From NCBI GenBank assembly GCA_963737655.1, contig CAVTTN010000002.1, forward strand, positions 320,001-384,000: a stretch of DNA of 64,000 nucleotides. The letters run 5' to 3'. This DNA comes from an uncultured Planctomycetota bacterium. GTDB lineage: Bacteria; Planctomycetota; Planctomycetia; Isosphaerales; Isosphaeraceae. The notes beneath the pieces were generated by a model, which did not search any database, was not told the DNA's origin, and was given only the letters and a program-made list of their open reading frames with translations. Shown here piece after piece: positions 1 to 14,000 of this stretch. The translations under genes and the position numbers were made by a program. Every line of letters begins with the position of its first letter. Position 1 is the stretch's first letter.

Positions 1-293
1 GTCCAGGTCAGCCCTCGTTCGACCAGACGAAGCTCGCGGATCACCAGGGGATGCAGCAAGCCGAGGAGGTAGGCGCAGGGGCTCACGGTGAAGCCGGGCC
101 AGGTCTCTTCCAGGGTGCAGGCCCCTCCGAGCCGGGGGCGGCTTTCCAGGACGAGGACCGACTTGCCGGCCTGGGCGAGATAGGCGGCGCAGGTCAAGCC
201 GTTGTGCCCGGCCCCGACGATCACCACGTCCCAGTTTCGAGCGGCGATGTCTCGGATCGAGGGGGAGGAGGAAGAGGAACGCGACGGGCTCAT
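1..293 (-). CDS. FAD/NAD(P)-dependent oxidoreductase, phytoene desaturase family (N-terminal part; runs off window edge)
   Basis: Hand translation of minus strand from ATG at 293: ...WDVVIVGAGHNGLTCAAYLAQAGKSVLVLESRPRLGGAC..., a GxGxxG dinucleotide-binding fold. Not in the ORF track because it is truncated. Confidence 0.85.
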   Translation of the reverse strand, partial: MSPSRSSSSSPSIRDIAARNWDVVIVGAGHNGLTCAAYLAQAGKSVLVLESRPRLGGACTLEETWPGFTVSPCAYLLGLLHPLVIRELRLVERGLTW

Positions 294-392
294 CGATGGC
301 GTTCCTCGTGATCCTGTCGGGCGCATGAGATGCGCCATCTTCCGGTTTTGGGCGAAGGAAGATGGTGCATTTCATGCACCCTACGAAGACGT

Positions 393-4030
<3,638 letters not shown>

Positions 4031-4204
4031 TGCCGTCCTTCGCCCCCTCGGCCGGAGACCCGGTCGTTCCGTTCTAAGTCGTCCAAAGCATAAAATTTAC
4101 AGCGATTCGGACGGATCGGTCAAGGCGAGCCGACCCGCCCGGGGACCGCCCCTCCGCCCCATGATGGGACGCCCCGTCGCCCGAAAATCGCCCCCATCCT
4201 GTCT

Positions 4205-5462
4205 CTACGACGAGGCGACGCCCTCGGATCGCGCGAGCCGATCGCCCGGAATCGCCGTCCCCGGCAGGAACAGGAGGGTGACGAGCGTCGCCACGAGCGC
4301 GAGGTTGCGCAGATTGAGCAGGATCAACGCCGACGGATGGAGGTCGCGAAGCGCGAGGAATCCCCAGGGGTAGAGGATCAGGGTCAGGACGCTCGCGACG
4401 AGAAAGATCGGGCGGCCGACCCGGCCGGACGGCCCGTCGATCGCCGCGACGAACGGATAGACCCAGATCAGGTACTGGGGAGAGATCACCTTGCCCGTGA
4501 CCGAAAAGGCCAGAACGGCCGCGCCGGCCAGCCGGAGGCCGTCGGCCGGGTCGGCCCGGACCGATCGCCAGGCCACCACGAGCATCGCCAGAAGCTGGAT
4601 CGGAACCCCAAATCTGGCCGCCATTTCCGATCCCGGCGCGTCCAGGTTCGACGACTCATGGGAGAAGAAAACGCGCATCGGCGATTCGTTCCACCATCCC
4701 CAGAGCCCCAGGACGCCCGAGGCCACCGACCCGATCTCCACCCCCCGACCCGAATGGTAGGCGAGCGAGTCCCCCACGCCCGATCGTCCGCCGACCGCCA
4801 GCCACGACGCCAGCCCGAGAGCCAGGGTGATCGAGAACGCGAGCCCCTCCCGAGATTTTTTTCCGCCGAAGGTCGAACACCACGCCCGGGACCGCCACGG
4901 CCCCGGGGACCACCTTCACAAGGGTCCCCAGGGCCGCGCAAAACCCGCCCAGGACGGGTTTTCCGCCGCTCCAAAGGAGGGCCGCCCCGAAGCCAATCAG
5001 GGCCGGGACCGCGTCGTACCGGCCCATCACGAACGGACAGACCGCCGCGAAGAACGCGGTCAACCAGATCAATCGACGGGCGACGGCCCCCGGCCCGACC
5101 GTCCTGGCGACCCTCCAGGCCACCAGACCGACGATCCCACACTCCACCAGCAACATCTCGGCCGCGAACAGGGCCACGAACGCCGACTGAGTGCCGGTCA
5201 AGAGCCTCGGAGCGAAGACGAACGGCAGGGCCAGGGGAGGATACTCGATCGGGTCGTCGCGATACGGCACCTTCCCCCCCCTCGCCGAGTTCGCGTGGTC
5301 CAGGAACTTCGGGACGTCGGCGAACACCAGAGGACGGTCCAGCGACCGGAACGCCGGAAGTTTCGAGGCCTCGGCCGCTCGGATCGCCCCGAAACTCACG
5401 ATGGCGATCGTGAAGTGCGCGAAACACGTCGCCATGACGCACAACCAGACGTTTCGCGTCAT
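4205..5462 (-). CDS. Polytopic membrane protein, GT87/GT-C-like glycosyltransferase (frameshift near poly-T at 4856-4862)
   Basis: PYRDDPIEYPPLA, RYDAVPA, KVISPQYLIW motifs and many hydrophobic helices, spread over two frames (4656..5606 and 4205..4777). Confidence 0.7.
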
Positions 5463-7077
5463 TTCGCCGTCCCGGGGGCGTTCGAGGGCTTTCTCCGCCG
5501 GACCTCGATCGAGCCGAACCGTTTCTCCGGGACGTATTCGCGTTCGATGACCTCGACCACCTTGGTCAAGGGCAAGGCGCGGGGCATGGTCTTCTCCTCG
5601 GGGCACCAGACGACGACGGAGTCGGCCCCGGCGTTCTGGAGGGCCTCGGCGAACGCCCCCTCATCCTCCTCGCGGACGACGGTCAGCCAGGCGACCGACT
5701 CGGCCGGGAAGGCGGGCATCCGCCCGGTGGGTCCGGTGACGGCCGGGACGTGCTTCAAGGCGTTGGCGATCCTGGTTTTCGGGCCCGTCGTCTTGCGGAG
5801 ATGGATCAGCAGATCGCGATAGTCGGACCACTCGTAATAAGCGGCGGCCGGAACGTCCGGATGGCGGGCGTAGCCGGTCGGCCGGGCCCGGGCTCCTCGT
5901 GGGCCTTCAGCAGAGAAGGTGCGAGCCGGCTGCCGTTGGGATTGCAGAATCGCGGCTTGGCGGTCAGGCCCAGGCCCAGGACCAGCAGCACCGAGACGAG
6001 CCGGACGGTGGCCGGCAATCGGCGTTGCTCCAGGAGGCTCTCCACCAAAAGGGCCACGAGCACGGCCCAGACCACCATCAACGGATGCGTCAAGTACGCA
6101 TGAGGATGGGGGCTCAGCGGCCGATAGAGCAAGACGCCCAGGAAGGCCAGGGCCCAGGGAAACGCCGCCCGGCGGGTCTCGGAAAGCGACCTCCTCGCGA
6201 GCAAGAGGATGCCGATCGGGACGATATCCACCCGTAAGGGCTGGAGCTGCAAGGAGAACTGCTCCAGGAACATCTGACCGGACACGAGGTTGTACTTGTT
6301 CCCGTAGCTCACGACTTTCAGCGACTTCAGAAAGTCGGGCCAGACGCCCGCCAGGACCAGGGGCAGGAAACCCAGGCCCACTCCGGCCGCCAGGACGATC
6401 CCCCACTCGGCCACGGCGGCGATCGCCGAGCGATCGCGGCTCCGGGCCGCGCCGCCGACGACCCACGCCTGGGCCGGCAACAACAGGATGGCCTGGGGGC
6501 GGATGATCAGCCCAAACGCCGTCAGGAGGGCCGCCACCAGCCGGGAGGTTCGACCCGGAAACGCCTGGGCGAGCAGGGTCCCGACGATCGCCAGGACGGG
6601 CCCGTGCCAGTCTCGTTGAGCGGCCTGGCTGTAATCCAGGGCGAGATAATAGCCGAGGAAGCCGCCGAACCCCGCCAGGCCCGGCAATGCCCGGCCGAAC
6701 CGGCGGAGGCTCCAGGCGAGCAGGGTCGCCCCGAAGACGATCACGAGCGAGACGTCGAAGCCATAAAGGGCCGGTCCCTGGGCCCATCCGAAGCCGAACA
6801 GCTTGCCGAAGGCCCAGAACAAGTAGATCGTCCCGGGGAAGTTGTTGCCCCGGAAGTCGCGATAGGGGAGCATCCCGCCTTGCCACGCCCGGGCGGCGGT
6901 GGAGAACACGTCGTGATCGGCCCAGAGCGGCCAGGTGAGGTAATTCGGGGCCCAGGTGGCCAGCTCCCAGAGGCAGAGCAGGCCCACGGCCAGGGCCAGG
7001 GGGCCTTTCATGGCCCACTCGGCGATCGCCTCGTGGCGAGAACCGTCGTCGTCATCGCCCTCGCTGTGATGGTCCAC
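5459..7077 (-). CDS. Polytopic membrane protein, GT-C-like glycosyltransferase (frameshift near 5880)
   Basis: WADHDVF...GMLPYRDFRGNNFPG, QRDW and multiple TM segments in frame 5806..7758. The soluble C-terminus continues in frame 5459..7018. Confidence 0.6.
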
Positions 7078-7260
7078 GGGAGCCGGCTCCGTCCGGAGAG
7101 GGGGGTGGGGTCGCGATCGGGGGCGGATTGTAAACCAAGCGGGCGGCGGAAGTCCAATCGGTGACGGCCGGACGCCGACGGCCGGCCTTCGCTCGAAATC
7201 CGGGCGGGATTGCCGTACAATCGGGGCCGGCGGCGGATCTCGGCAGAGGAGGAGGCGGCC

Positions 7261-8061
7261 TTGGCCGATTCGGGACGTCTGGGGCGGAGACGGTTGATCG
7301 TCCTCGGCAGCGGCACGTCCACGGGCGTCCCGGTGATCGGGTGTGATTGCCCGGTGTGTCGATCGGACGACCCGAGGAACCAGCGGACCCGTCCGAGCGT
7401 CTTGCTGGAACTGCCGGGGGGGAACCTCCTGATCGACACCACGCCCGAGATGAGGCTCCAACTGCTCCGCGAACGAATCGGCAAGGTCCACGCGATCCTC
7501 TTCACCCACCACCACGCCGACCACCTCTTCGGCCTGGACGACGCCCGGCTGTTCCCCAAGGCCCTGGGCGGGCCCGTCCCGGTGTTCTGCGAGGAAGAGA
7601 CCGAGGAGACCATCCGCCGGGTCTTCCACTACGCCTTCGACGACCACTCGGGCAAGATCCCCACCGGGGGCGTCCCCCAGTTGCAGTTCCGCCGGATCGC
7701 CCCGGGCGAGCCGTTCGACCTCCTGGGCCAGCGGGTCATCCCGGTCCGGCTGATCCACGGCCGGTTCCGGGTGCTAGGCTTCCGTTTCGGGGACCTGGCT
7801 TACTTGACCGACGTCTCGACGATCCCCGAAGAGAGCTGGCCGTGGCTGGAGGGGCTGGACACGCTCCTGCTCGATGCTTTGAGACGGTCCCCGCATCCGA
7901 CCCATTTCAACATCGATCAGGCCCTGGGCGTGGTCGAGCGGCTCCGGCCCCGGCGGACGTTCTTCACGCATCTCTCGCACGACCTGGACCATCAGGCGAC
8001 CGAGTCGAGCTTGCCGGCCGGAGTCGGATTGGCCTACGATGGGCTGGCGCTGGAATTCTGA
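7261..8061 (+). CDS. MBL-fold metallo-hydrolase (PhnP-like)
   Basis: LGSGTSTGVP, CDCPVC, THHHADHLFG (HxHxDH), PHPTHF, THLSH. GGAGGAGG RBS precedes a TTG at 7261. Confidence 0.92.
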   Translation: MADSGRLGRRRLIVLGSGTSTGVPVIGCDCPVCRSDDPRNQRTRPSVLLELPGGNLLIDTTPEMRLQLLRERIGKVHAILFTHHHADHLFGLDDARLFPKALGGPVPVFCEEETEETIRRVFHYAFDDHSGKIPTGGVPQLQFRRIAPGEPFDLLGQRVIPVRLIHGRFRVLGFRFGDLAYLTDVSTIPEESWPWLEGLDTLLLDALRRSPHPTHFNIDQALGVVERLRPRRTFFTHLSHDLDHQATESSLPAGVGLAYDGLALEF

Positions 8062-8135
8062 CCGCCGATCCCCGGGCGACGACCGGCCCCTCGACCTTTC
8101 TTCGCTTCGCGAACCGAACTCAGGAGCCTGCGAGC

Positions 8136-9560
8136 ATGTCCGCCGACCCGCAATTGGCCGCCCTCCTGGACCATCACGGCCAGGGCCATTTGCTCCGCTG
8201 GTGGGACGTCCTGGACGACGCCGGCCGGGCCCGACTCGCCCGGGAGATCCGGGACCTGGACCTCGTCCGGCTCGACGACCTGATCGAGCGGCTCGTGTTC
8301 CACGACGAGGCCGCCGCGCCCCCGGCCGAGGCCGTCCAGCCCGTCCCGGTCAGCCGATTGCCCCGGACCGACGGCGAGCGAGTGACCCGCAGGCTCGCGG
8401 CCGAGGTGGGCGAGGGCATGCTGGCTCGCGGAGAGGTCGGCGTGGTCCTCGTCGCCGGAGGGCAGGGGACCCGCCTGGGGTTCGACGGCCCGAAGGGCAC
8501 CTATCCGATCGGCCCGGTCTCCGCCGCGACCCTCTTCCAGATCCACGCCGAGAAGATCGCGGCCCTCGGCAAGAGGTTCGGCCGCCCCCTGCCGCTTTAC
8601 GTGATGACCAGCCCGGACAACCACGAGGCCACCGCCCGATTCTTCGCCGAGAATCACGACTTCGGCCTCGACCGCGTCCGCCTGTTCGTCCAGGGTCAGA
8701 TGCCGGCCGTGGATCGGGCCTCGGGCAAGGTCCTGATGGCCTCGAAGGACGGGCTCGCGCTCAGCCCCGACGGCCACGGAGGGACCCTCAAGGCCCTCGC
8801 GGCGCCCGGGCCCGACGGAGGGCCGTCCTGCCTTGAGGAGATGAACGATCGCGGCATCCGCACCCTGTTCTACTTCCAGGTCGATAACCCGATGGTCCAG
8901 ATCGCCGACCCGGCGTTCCTGGGGCTGCACCGGAGGGCCGAGGCCGAGGTCTCGTTCAAGGTCGTCGAGAAGGTCCACCCCGACGAGAAAGTCGGCGTCG
9001 TGGTCGAGGTGGACGGCAAGCCGCAGGTCATCGAGTATTCCGACCTGCCGCGGGACCTGGCCGAGCGTCGCGAGCCCGACGGCGGCCTGGAGCTCTGGGC
9101 CGGGAGCATCGCCATCCACGTCTTCGAGCGCGCGTTCATCGAACGGCTGGTGAGCGAGGCGAGCCTGCCGTATCACCGGGCGATCAAGAAGGTGAAGTTC
9201 GTGGACGAGGCGGGCAACCTCGTCGATCCGCCGTCGCCCAACGCGGTGAAGTTCGAGACGTTCATCTTCGACGCCCTGCCGCTGGCCGAACGGTACGCGG
9301 TGGTGGAGACGGATCGGGCCGTGGAGTTCGAGCCGTTGAAGAACGCGACGGGGCCGGACTCGCCGGCGACGGTCCGCCAGAGGATGAGCGACCTGTTCGC
9401 CGGCTGGCTCGAAGGGGCCGGGGCGAGCGTCCCGAGGAGGCCCGACGGCTCGGTCCCGTTCGGGATCGAGATCAGCCCCCTGTTCGCGCTCGACGCGGCC
9501 GAGCTGAAGGCCAAGATCCCCCCCGGGACGAGGATCGACGGACCCACGTATCTTCGATGA
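8136..9560 (+). CDS. UDP-N-acetylglucosamine pyrophosphorylase-like (UDPGP type 1 family)
   Basis: VAGGQGTRLGFDGPKG, SPDGHGG, QVDNP, IEYSD, KFETFIFD, EFEPLKN. Confidence 0.92.
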   Translation: MSADPQLAALLDHHGQGHLLRWWDVLDDAGRARLAREIRDLDLVRLDDLIERLVFHDEAAAPPAEAVQPVPVSRLPRTDGERVTRRLAAEVGEGMLARGEVGVVLVAGGQGTRLGFDGPKGTYPIGPVSAATLFQIHAEKIAALGKRFGRPLPLYVMTSPDNHEATARFFAENHDFGLDRVRLFVQGQMPAVDRASGKVLMASKDGLALSPDGHGGTLKALAAPGPDGGPSCLEEMNDRGIRTLFYFQVDNPMVQIADPAFLGLHRRAEAEVSFKVVEKVHPDEKVGVVVEVDGKPQVIEYSDLPRDLAERREPDGGLELWAGSIAIHVFERAFIERLVSEASLPYHRAIKKVKFVDEAGNLVDPPSPNAVKFETFIFDALPLAERYAVVETDRAVEFEPLKNATGPDSPATVRQRMSDLFAGWLEGAGASVPRRPDGSVPFGIEISPLFALDAAELKAKIPPGTRIDGPTYLR

Positions 9561-9587
9561 TCGGCCCGAGGGGCCTGGGATCGACCC

Positions 9588-10289
9588 ATGAGGCTGGACG
9601 AGCGAACAACCCTGGAGAAGATGACCCGGACGATCGTCGATCGCTTCCGTCCCGAGCGCCTGGTGTTGTTCGGCTCGCGGGCCCGAGGCGACAACGGCCC
9701 GGGTAGCGACTTCGATTTGCTGATGATCGCGCCTTCGGACCGTCCCCGGCTCGGGCGGTCCGTCCCGGTCTTCGCCGCCCTGGCCGGCTCCGGCGTCTCG
9801 AAAGACATCGTCTGGTGGACCCCGGAGGAGGTCGAGGAATGGCGAGGCGTGAAGTCGCACTTCATCAACACCGCCCTGAGCGAGGGGGTCACCCTGTATG
9901 ACAAGCCGACCGACCACGCCTGGGCCCTCTGGAAGCAGGCGGAGAACGACCTCTTCGCGGCCAGGACCGTCCTGGAGACCGGCCGGGCGCTGGATACCGT
10001 TTGCTTCCATGCCCAGCAGGCGGCGGAGAAGAGCCTGAAGGTGGTCGCTCGGGTTGACGTCGAATACCCCCGTCGGCACGATCTGGGGGAGCTGCTGAGC
10101 CTCGTCGGAACCCTGGCGACCGACCTCGACCTCGCCGGGATTTCGGCCATCGAACTGGCCCCCTTCGCCGTCCAGGTCCGGTATGAGACCGGCCCCGAGC
10201 CGACGCCCGAACTCTCGGGTGAAGCGTTGAAGATCGCCGAGGCGATCCCCCAGGAGGTCGGCCGGTGGATCGAATCCCGAGGATCCTGA
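9588..10289 (+). CDS. Fused minimal nucleotidyltransferase (MNT) + HEPN-domain protein
   Basis: N-half LFGSRARGD...SDFDLL (GS-x10-DxD). C-half AENDL...VCFHAQQAAEKSLK...YPRRHDL...RY, typical of the HEPN partners of MNTs. Confidence 0.85.
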   Translation: MRLDERTTLEKMTRTIVDRFRPERLVLFGSRARGDNGPGSDFDLLMIAPSDRPRLGRSVPVFAALAGSGVSKDIVWWTPEEVEEWRGVKSHFINTALSEGVTLYDKPTDHAWALWKQAENDLFAARTVLETGRALDTVCFHAQQAAEKSLKVVARVDVEYPRRHDLGELLSLVGTLATDLDLAGISAIELAPFAVQVRYETGPEPTPELSGEALKIAEAIPQEVGRWIESRGS

Positions 10290-10375
10290 ACGGTCTCCGC
10301 GATCGATGATCGCCTCGATGCCCACCCGAGCGTGGGCCGCATCCCTCCCTTCTCGAACGAGGTGGCCCTCCTCTC

Positions 10376-11455
10376 ATGCTCCACGCCGTCGTGATGGCCG
10401 GCGGAAGCGGCACCCGGTTCTGGCCCAAGAGCCGCCGCTCCCGCCCCAAGCAGTTGCTCCAGCTCTCCGGGGAGGGCACGCTCCTCCAGCAGACCGTGGA
10501 GAGGATCGCGCCGATGGTCCCCCCCGAACGGGTGCGGATCATCACCGGGGCCGACCAGGCCGAGGCGGTCCGCTCGCAGCTCCCCGGCTTGCCTCCCGGC
10601 AACGTGGTGGCCGAGCCCTGCCCCCGGGACACCGCCCCGTGCGTCGGCCTGGCGGCGTCGATCATCGCCCGGCTCGATCCCGAGGCGACCATGATCGTGA
10701 TGCCCGCCGATCACGTGATCATGCCTCCGGCCACGTTCCGCAAGACCGTCGAGGCCGCCTTCGACGTGATCGAGGCCGACCCCTCCGCGTTCGTGACCTT
10801 CGGCGTGACGCCCACCCGGCCCGAGACGGGCTATGGCTACATCGAGAGGGGCGAGCTCCTCGGCCATCCCGGCGGGATCGCCATGCATCGGGTGGCCCAG
10901 TTCCGCGAGAAGCCCGACCGCCTCACGGCCGAGCGATTCCTGGCCGAGGGCCGGTTCGCCTGGAACGCCGGGATCTTTCTCTGGAAGGCGAAGGCGATCC
11001 TCGACGCCCTGGCCCTCCACCGGCCCGGCCTCTCGGCCGCCCTCCGCCGGGTGGCCAACACCCTGGGCACCCCGGCCGAGGCCGCGACGATCGCCCTGGA
11101 ATTCCCGAGGATGGAGCGCATCCCGATCGACAAGGCCGTGATGGAGAAGGCCGACAACGTCCGAGTCCTCGAGGTCACCTACGACTGGTCGGACGTCGGC
11201 GACTGGCGGTCCCTGGCCGAGCTCCTGCCCAGCGACCCGAGCGGCAACACCGTGCAAGGGCCGGTCCATGCCGTCGAGACCAGGGGCTCGATCGTGATCG
11301 CCGACGAGGGGAAGCTGGTCGCCACCCTCGGGGTCGAGGACCTCGTGATCGTCCAGTCCGGAGGCGCCACCCTGGTCGCCCGCCGCGATCAGCTCGACAA
11401 GCTCAAGGGGCTGGTCGAGGGGCTGGAGCCGGCCGGCTTCTCCTCGGAACTCTGA
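10376..11455 (+). CDS. manC: Mannose-1-phosphate guanylyltransferase
   Basis: MAGGSGTRFWPKSRRSRPKQ, MPADH, PETGYGYI, FREKP, WNAGIF, WSDVG. Confidence 0.95.
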   Translation: MLHAVVMAGGSGTRFWPKSRRSRPKQLLQLSGEGTLLQQTVERIAPMVPPERVRIITGADQAEAVRSQLPGLPPGNVVAEPCPRDTAPCVGLAASIIARLDPEATMIVMPADHVIMPPATFRKTVEAAFDVIEADPSAFVTFGVTPTRPETGYGYIERGELLGHPGGIAMHRVAQFREKPDRLTAERFLAEGRFAWNAGIFLWKAKAILDALALHRPGLSAALRRVANTLGTPAEAATIALEFPRMERIPIDKAVMEKADNVRVLEVTYDWSDVGDWRSLAELLPSDPSGNTVQGPVHAVETRGSIVIADEGKLVATLGVEDLVIVQSGGATLVARRDQLDKLKGLVEGLEPAGFSSEL

Positions 11456-11468
11456 CCGGGGACTGGCG

Positions 11469-11924
11469 ATGGGGCGAATCCTCGGGATCGATTTCGGGAC
11501 CAGGCGGGTCGGCGCGGCCCTGAGCGACCCGAGGCACCAAATCGCCTCGCCCCTGGAAGTCTACGAACGACGAGACCCGCGCCAGGACGCCCGACACTAT
11601 GCGAAGCTGGTGAGCGAGGAAGAAATCGATGCCATCGTCGTCGGCCTCCCCCTGCACACCGGAGGAGGGGAAGGGGAGCTCGCCGCCCTCGCCCGGAAGT
11701 TCGGCCGGTGGCTCGGCGAGACGACCGCCCGGCCGGTCGTCTTCTTCGACGAGCGGTATACCAGCGTCGCCGCCGAGGAAGCCCTCCGATCGGCCGGGCT
11801 CTCCCCGAAGGAACGCAAGGCCCGTCGCGACATGCTGGCCGCCCAGATCCTCTTGCAGGACTACCTCGACGCCGGTTGCCCCCGGGAAGACTCCGCCCCT
11901 TCACCTCTGGAAGACCCGGATTGA
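11469..11924 (+). CDS. ruvX: YqgF/RuvX family RNase H-like nuclease
   Basis: ILGIDFGTRRVGAALSD, VVGLP, DERYTS, DMLAAQILLQDYL. Confidence 0.93.
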   Translation: MGRILGIDFGTRRVGAALSDPRHQIASPLEVYERRDPRQDARHYAKLVSEEEIDAIVVGLPLHTGGGEGELAALARKFGRWLGETTARPVVFFDERYTSVAAEEALRSAGLSPKERKARRDMLAAQILLQDYLDAGCPREDSAPSPLEDPD

Positions 11925-12799
11925 TGACCTCCTTGATCGTCGGCTGCGGCTACCTGGGTCGGAGGGTCGGCCGTCTCCTCGTCGCCCGGGGGGATCGGGT
12001 CTTCGGCTCCGTGCGCTCGGCTCGAAGCGCCGAAACCGTTCGGGGCTGGGGGATCGAGCCAGCCCTGGCCGACGTGACGGAACCGGATTCCTTGAAGGGC
12101 CTACCTCCCGTCGATCGGGTGGTCTACTGCGTCGGTTTCGACCGCTCGGCGGGCGTCCCGATGCGGGAAATCTACGAAGAGGGGCTGGCCCGATTCCTGA
12201 AAAGCCTGAAAAAACCGCCTATGCGGATCGTTTATGCGAGCTCGACCGGCGTTTACGGCCAGGATGACGGGTCCTGGGTCGATGAGGAGTCGCCGACCGA
12301 GCCGAGGCACGAGTCGGGGACCGTCTGCCTCCGGGCCGAGGAGATCTTGCGTTCCTGGTCGCGGGAGAACTCGGTCGAGTCCGTGGTCTTGAGGTTCGCG
12401 GGGCTTTATGGGCCGGATCGGATCGTCCGCCGGGCGCCGATCGAGCGGGGCGAGCCGATCCCGGGCGACCCGGACCGCTTCCTCAACCTCGTCCACATCG
12501 ACGACGCCGCCGAGGCCGCCGTTCTCTCCCTGCTCCGGGCCGAGGTCGGGCCCCTGTTCACGATCGCCGACGATCGTCCCGTGACCCGCCGCGAGTATTA
12601 CGGCCTGGTGGCGAGGACGATCGGCGCCCCCGAGCCGGTTTACCGCGTTCCCGAGCCGGGCAGCCCGGAAAGCCGTCGGGACGAGGCGAACAAGCGGGTC
12701 TCCAACCGCCGGGTCCGGCGGGAACTCGGGTGGGTGCCGACGTTTCCCGACATCTCCTCGGGCGTCCCGAACGCCCTGGGCGTCCGAGTCACGGGTTGA
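11924..12799 (+). CDS. NAD-dependent epimerase/dehydratase (atypical SDR)
   Basis: IVGCGYLG, SSTGVYG, LRFAGLYGP, VHIDDAA. Start overlaps the ruvX stop (TGATG). Confidence 0.88.
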   Translation: MTSLIVGCGYLGRRVGRLLVARGDRVFGSVRSARSAETVRGWGIEPALADVTEPDSLKGLPPVDRVVYCVGFDRSAGVPMREIYEEGLARFLKSLKKPPMRIVYASSTGVYGQDDGSWVDEESPTEPRHESGTVCLRAEEILRSWSRENSVESVVLRFAGLYGPDRIVRRAPIERGEPIPGDPDRFLNLVHIDDAAEAAVLSLLRAEVGPLFTIADDRPVTRREYYGLVARTIGAPEPVYRVPEPGSPESRRDEANKRVSNRRVRRELGWVPTFPDISSGVPNALGVRVTG

Positions 12800-12900
12800 T
12801 CCGAGTTTCGGCATCGGAATCGCATGCTCATTCCGGGCATCGACCGACGGCCGGGCCGGGGCCCGTCCGTCCCGGGTTTTGCCGAAGGAAGCTCTCCGTC

Positions 12901-13413
12901 ATGAACACGAATACTCCGTTCGAGCGGGCCATGAAGCTCGCGATCGTCTCGGGCCTGAGGGCCGCGATGGGGCCGGCCCTGGTGGCGGCCTCGCAGAACC
13001 GGCCGGAGAAGGCCGCCCTGGTCGCCGCGGCGATGGGGGAGATGATCCTGGACAAGCTGCCGATCCTGCCCAGCCGCGCCCGCCTGCCGCTCCTGCTGCC
13101 TCGGGTCTTCGCCGGTTGGTGGTCCGCCAAGCAGAGCCTGGAGCACGACGGCGTGGACGACCCGACGGCCGCCGCCACCGCCGCCGCCGTCTCGGCCGGG
13201 GTCGCCACCCTGGCCCCGATGGTCCGAGGGGCCTTGAAGAAAGTCCTGGGCATCCCCGACCCGGTCCTCGGCGCCCTGGAGGATTACCTCGCGCTGAGGC
13301 TCGGCGGCGAGGCCGTCGGCCTGTCTCTGGACGACCTCAAGGGGATCGCGATGGAGTCCGCCGGCCAGCTCCAGGAGCAGATCGCGCCGACCCTTCAGTC
13401 CATCCGGTCCTGA
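12901..13413 (+). CDS. Hypothetical membrane protein (DUF4126-like)
   Basis: SGLRAAMGP, GEMILDKLP, LGALEDYLA; GC3-rich codon usage. Confidence 0.65.
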   Translation: MNTNTPFERAMKLAIVSGLRAAMGPALVAASQNRPEKAALVAAAMGEMILDKLPILPSRARLPLLLPRVFAGWWSAKQSLEHDGVDDPTAAATAAAVSAGVATLAPMVRGALKKVLGIPDPVLGALEDYLALRLGGEAVGLSLDDLKGIAMESAGQLQEQIAPTLQSIRS

Positions 13414-13432
13414 ACCGCCGACTCCAGGTCGT

Positions 13433-13501
13433 GTAGGTCCCGCTCTTGCGGACTTCTTCCATTCATGCGGAATCGAAGAGGTCCGCAAGAGCGGACCCTA
13501 C
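13433..13501. repeat. GTAG-type REP doublet (REPIN-like inverted pair)
   Basis: GTAGGTCCCGCTCTTGCGGAC ... GTCCGCAAGAGCGGACCCTAC, inverted, each with an internal CCGC-TCTT-GCGG hairpin, between convergent genes. Confidence 0.75.
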
Positions 13502-13517
13502 TCGACGCCAATGGCCT

Positions 13518-13889
13518 TCAATCCGTCGGGGCGGGCTCGATGTAGCAGCTCAACGGGCCCTTGGAGACGCTCATCCGGGGGTCGGGGCCGTAGGAGAGGA
13601 CCTGGTCCCTCTTGAGCTCGGCCTTCTCCTTGTGGGTCGTGTAGACGATGGCCCGGCCGGAGGTGTGGATCTTCCAGGTCAGGGTCTCGGCGGCGGAGAG
13701 CGGGTGGGCGAAGAGCTTGGTGAGCAACTCGATCACGTATTCGAACGTGTGCTCCTCGTCGTTGAGGATGATCACGTTGTAGGGCGGCAGTTGACGGCTC
13801 TGCGTGGCCGTCCTGGACTTGGGCTGGGTCATGGTGGTGACGACGGTCTCGCCCTCGCCACGATCCGATTCGAACGGCCCGCTCATCAT
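13518..13889 (-). CDS. clpS: ATP-dependent Clp protease adaptor ClpS
   Basis: PPYNVIILNDEEHTFEYVIELL...IHTSGRAIV...EKAELK. Confidence 0.92.
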   Translation of the reverse strand: MMSGPFESDRGEGETVVTTMTQPKSRTATQSRQLPPYNVIILNDEEHTFEYVIELLTKLFAHPLSAAETLTWKIHTSGRAIVYTTHKEKAELKRDQVLSYGPDPRMSVSKGPLSCYIEPAPTD

Positions 13890-14000
13890 CCGGCTCCCGT
13901 CGGGTGGTTGAGCATTTGACAGAAGGGCCCTATCATACCCGAATCGGGGGCCGATCGGTAGCGGTTTCCCTCGTCCGACGCCCCGGGAACCCCGCGAACC

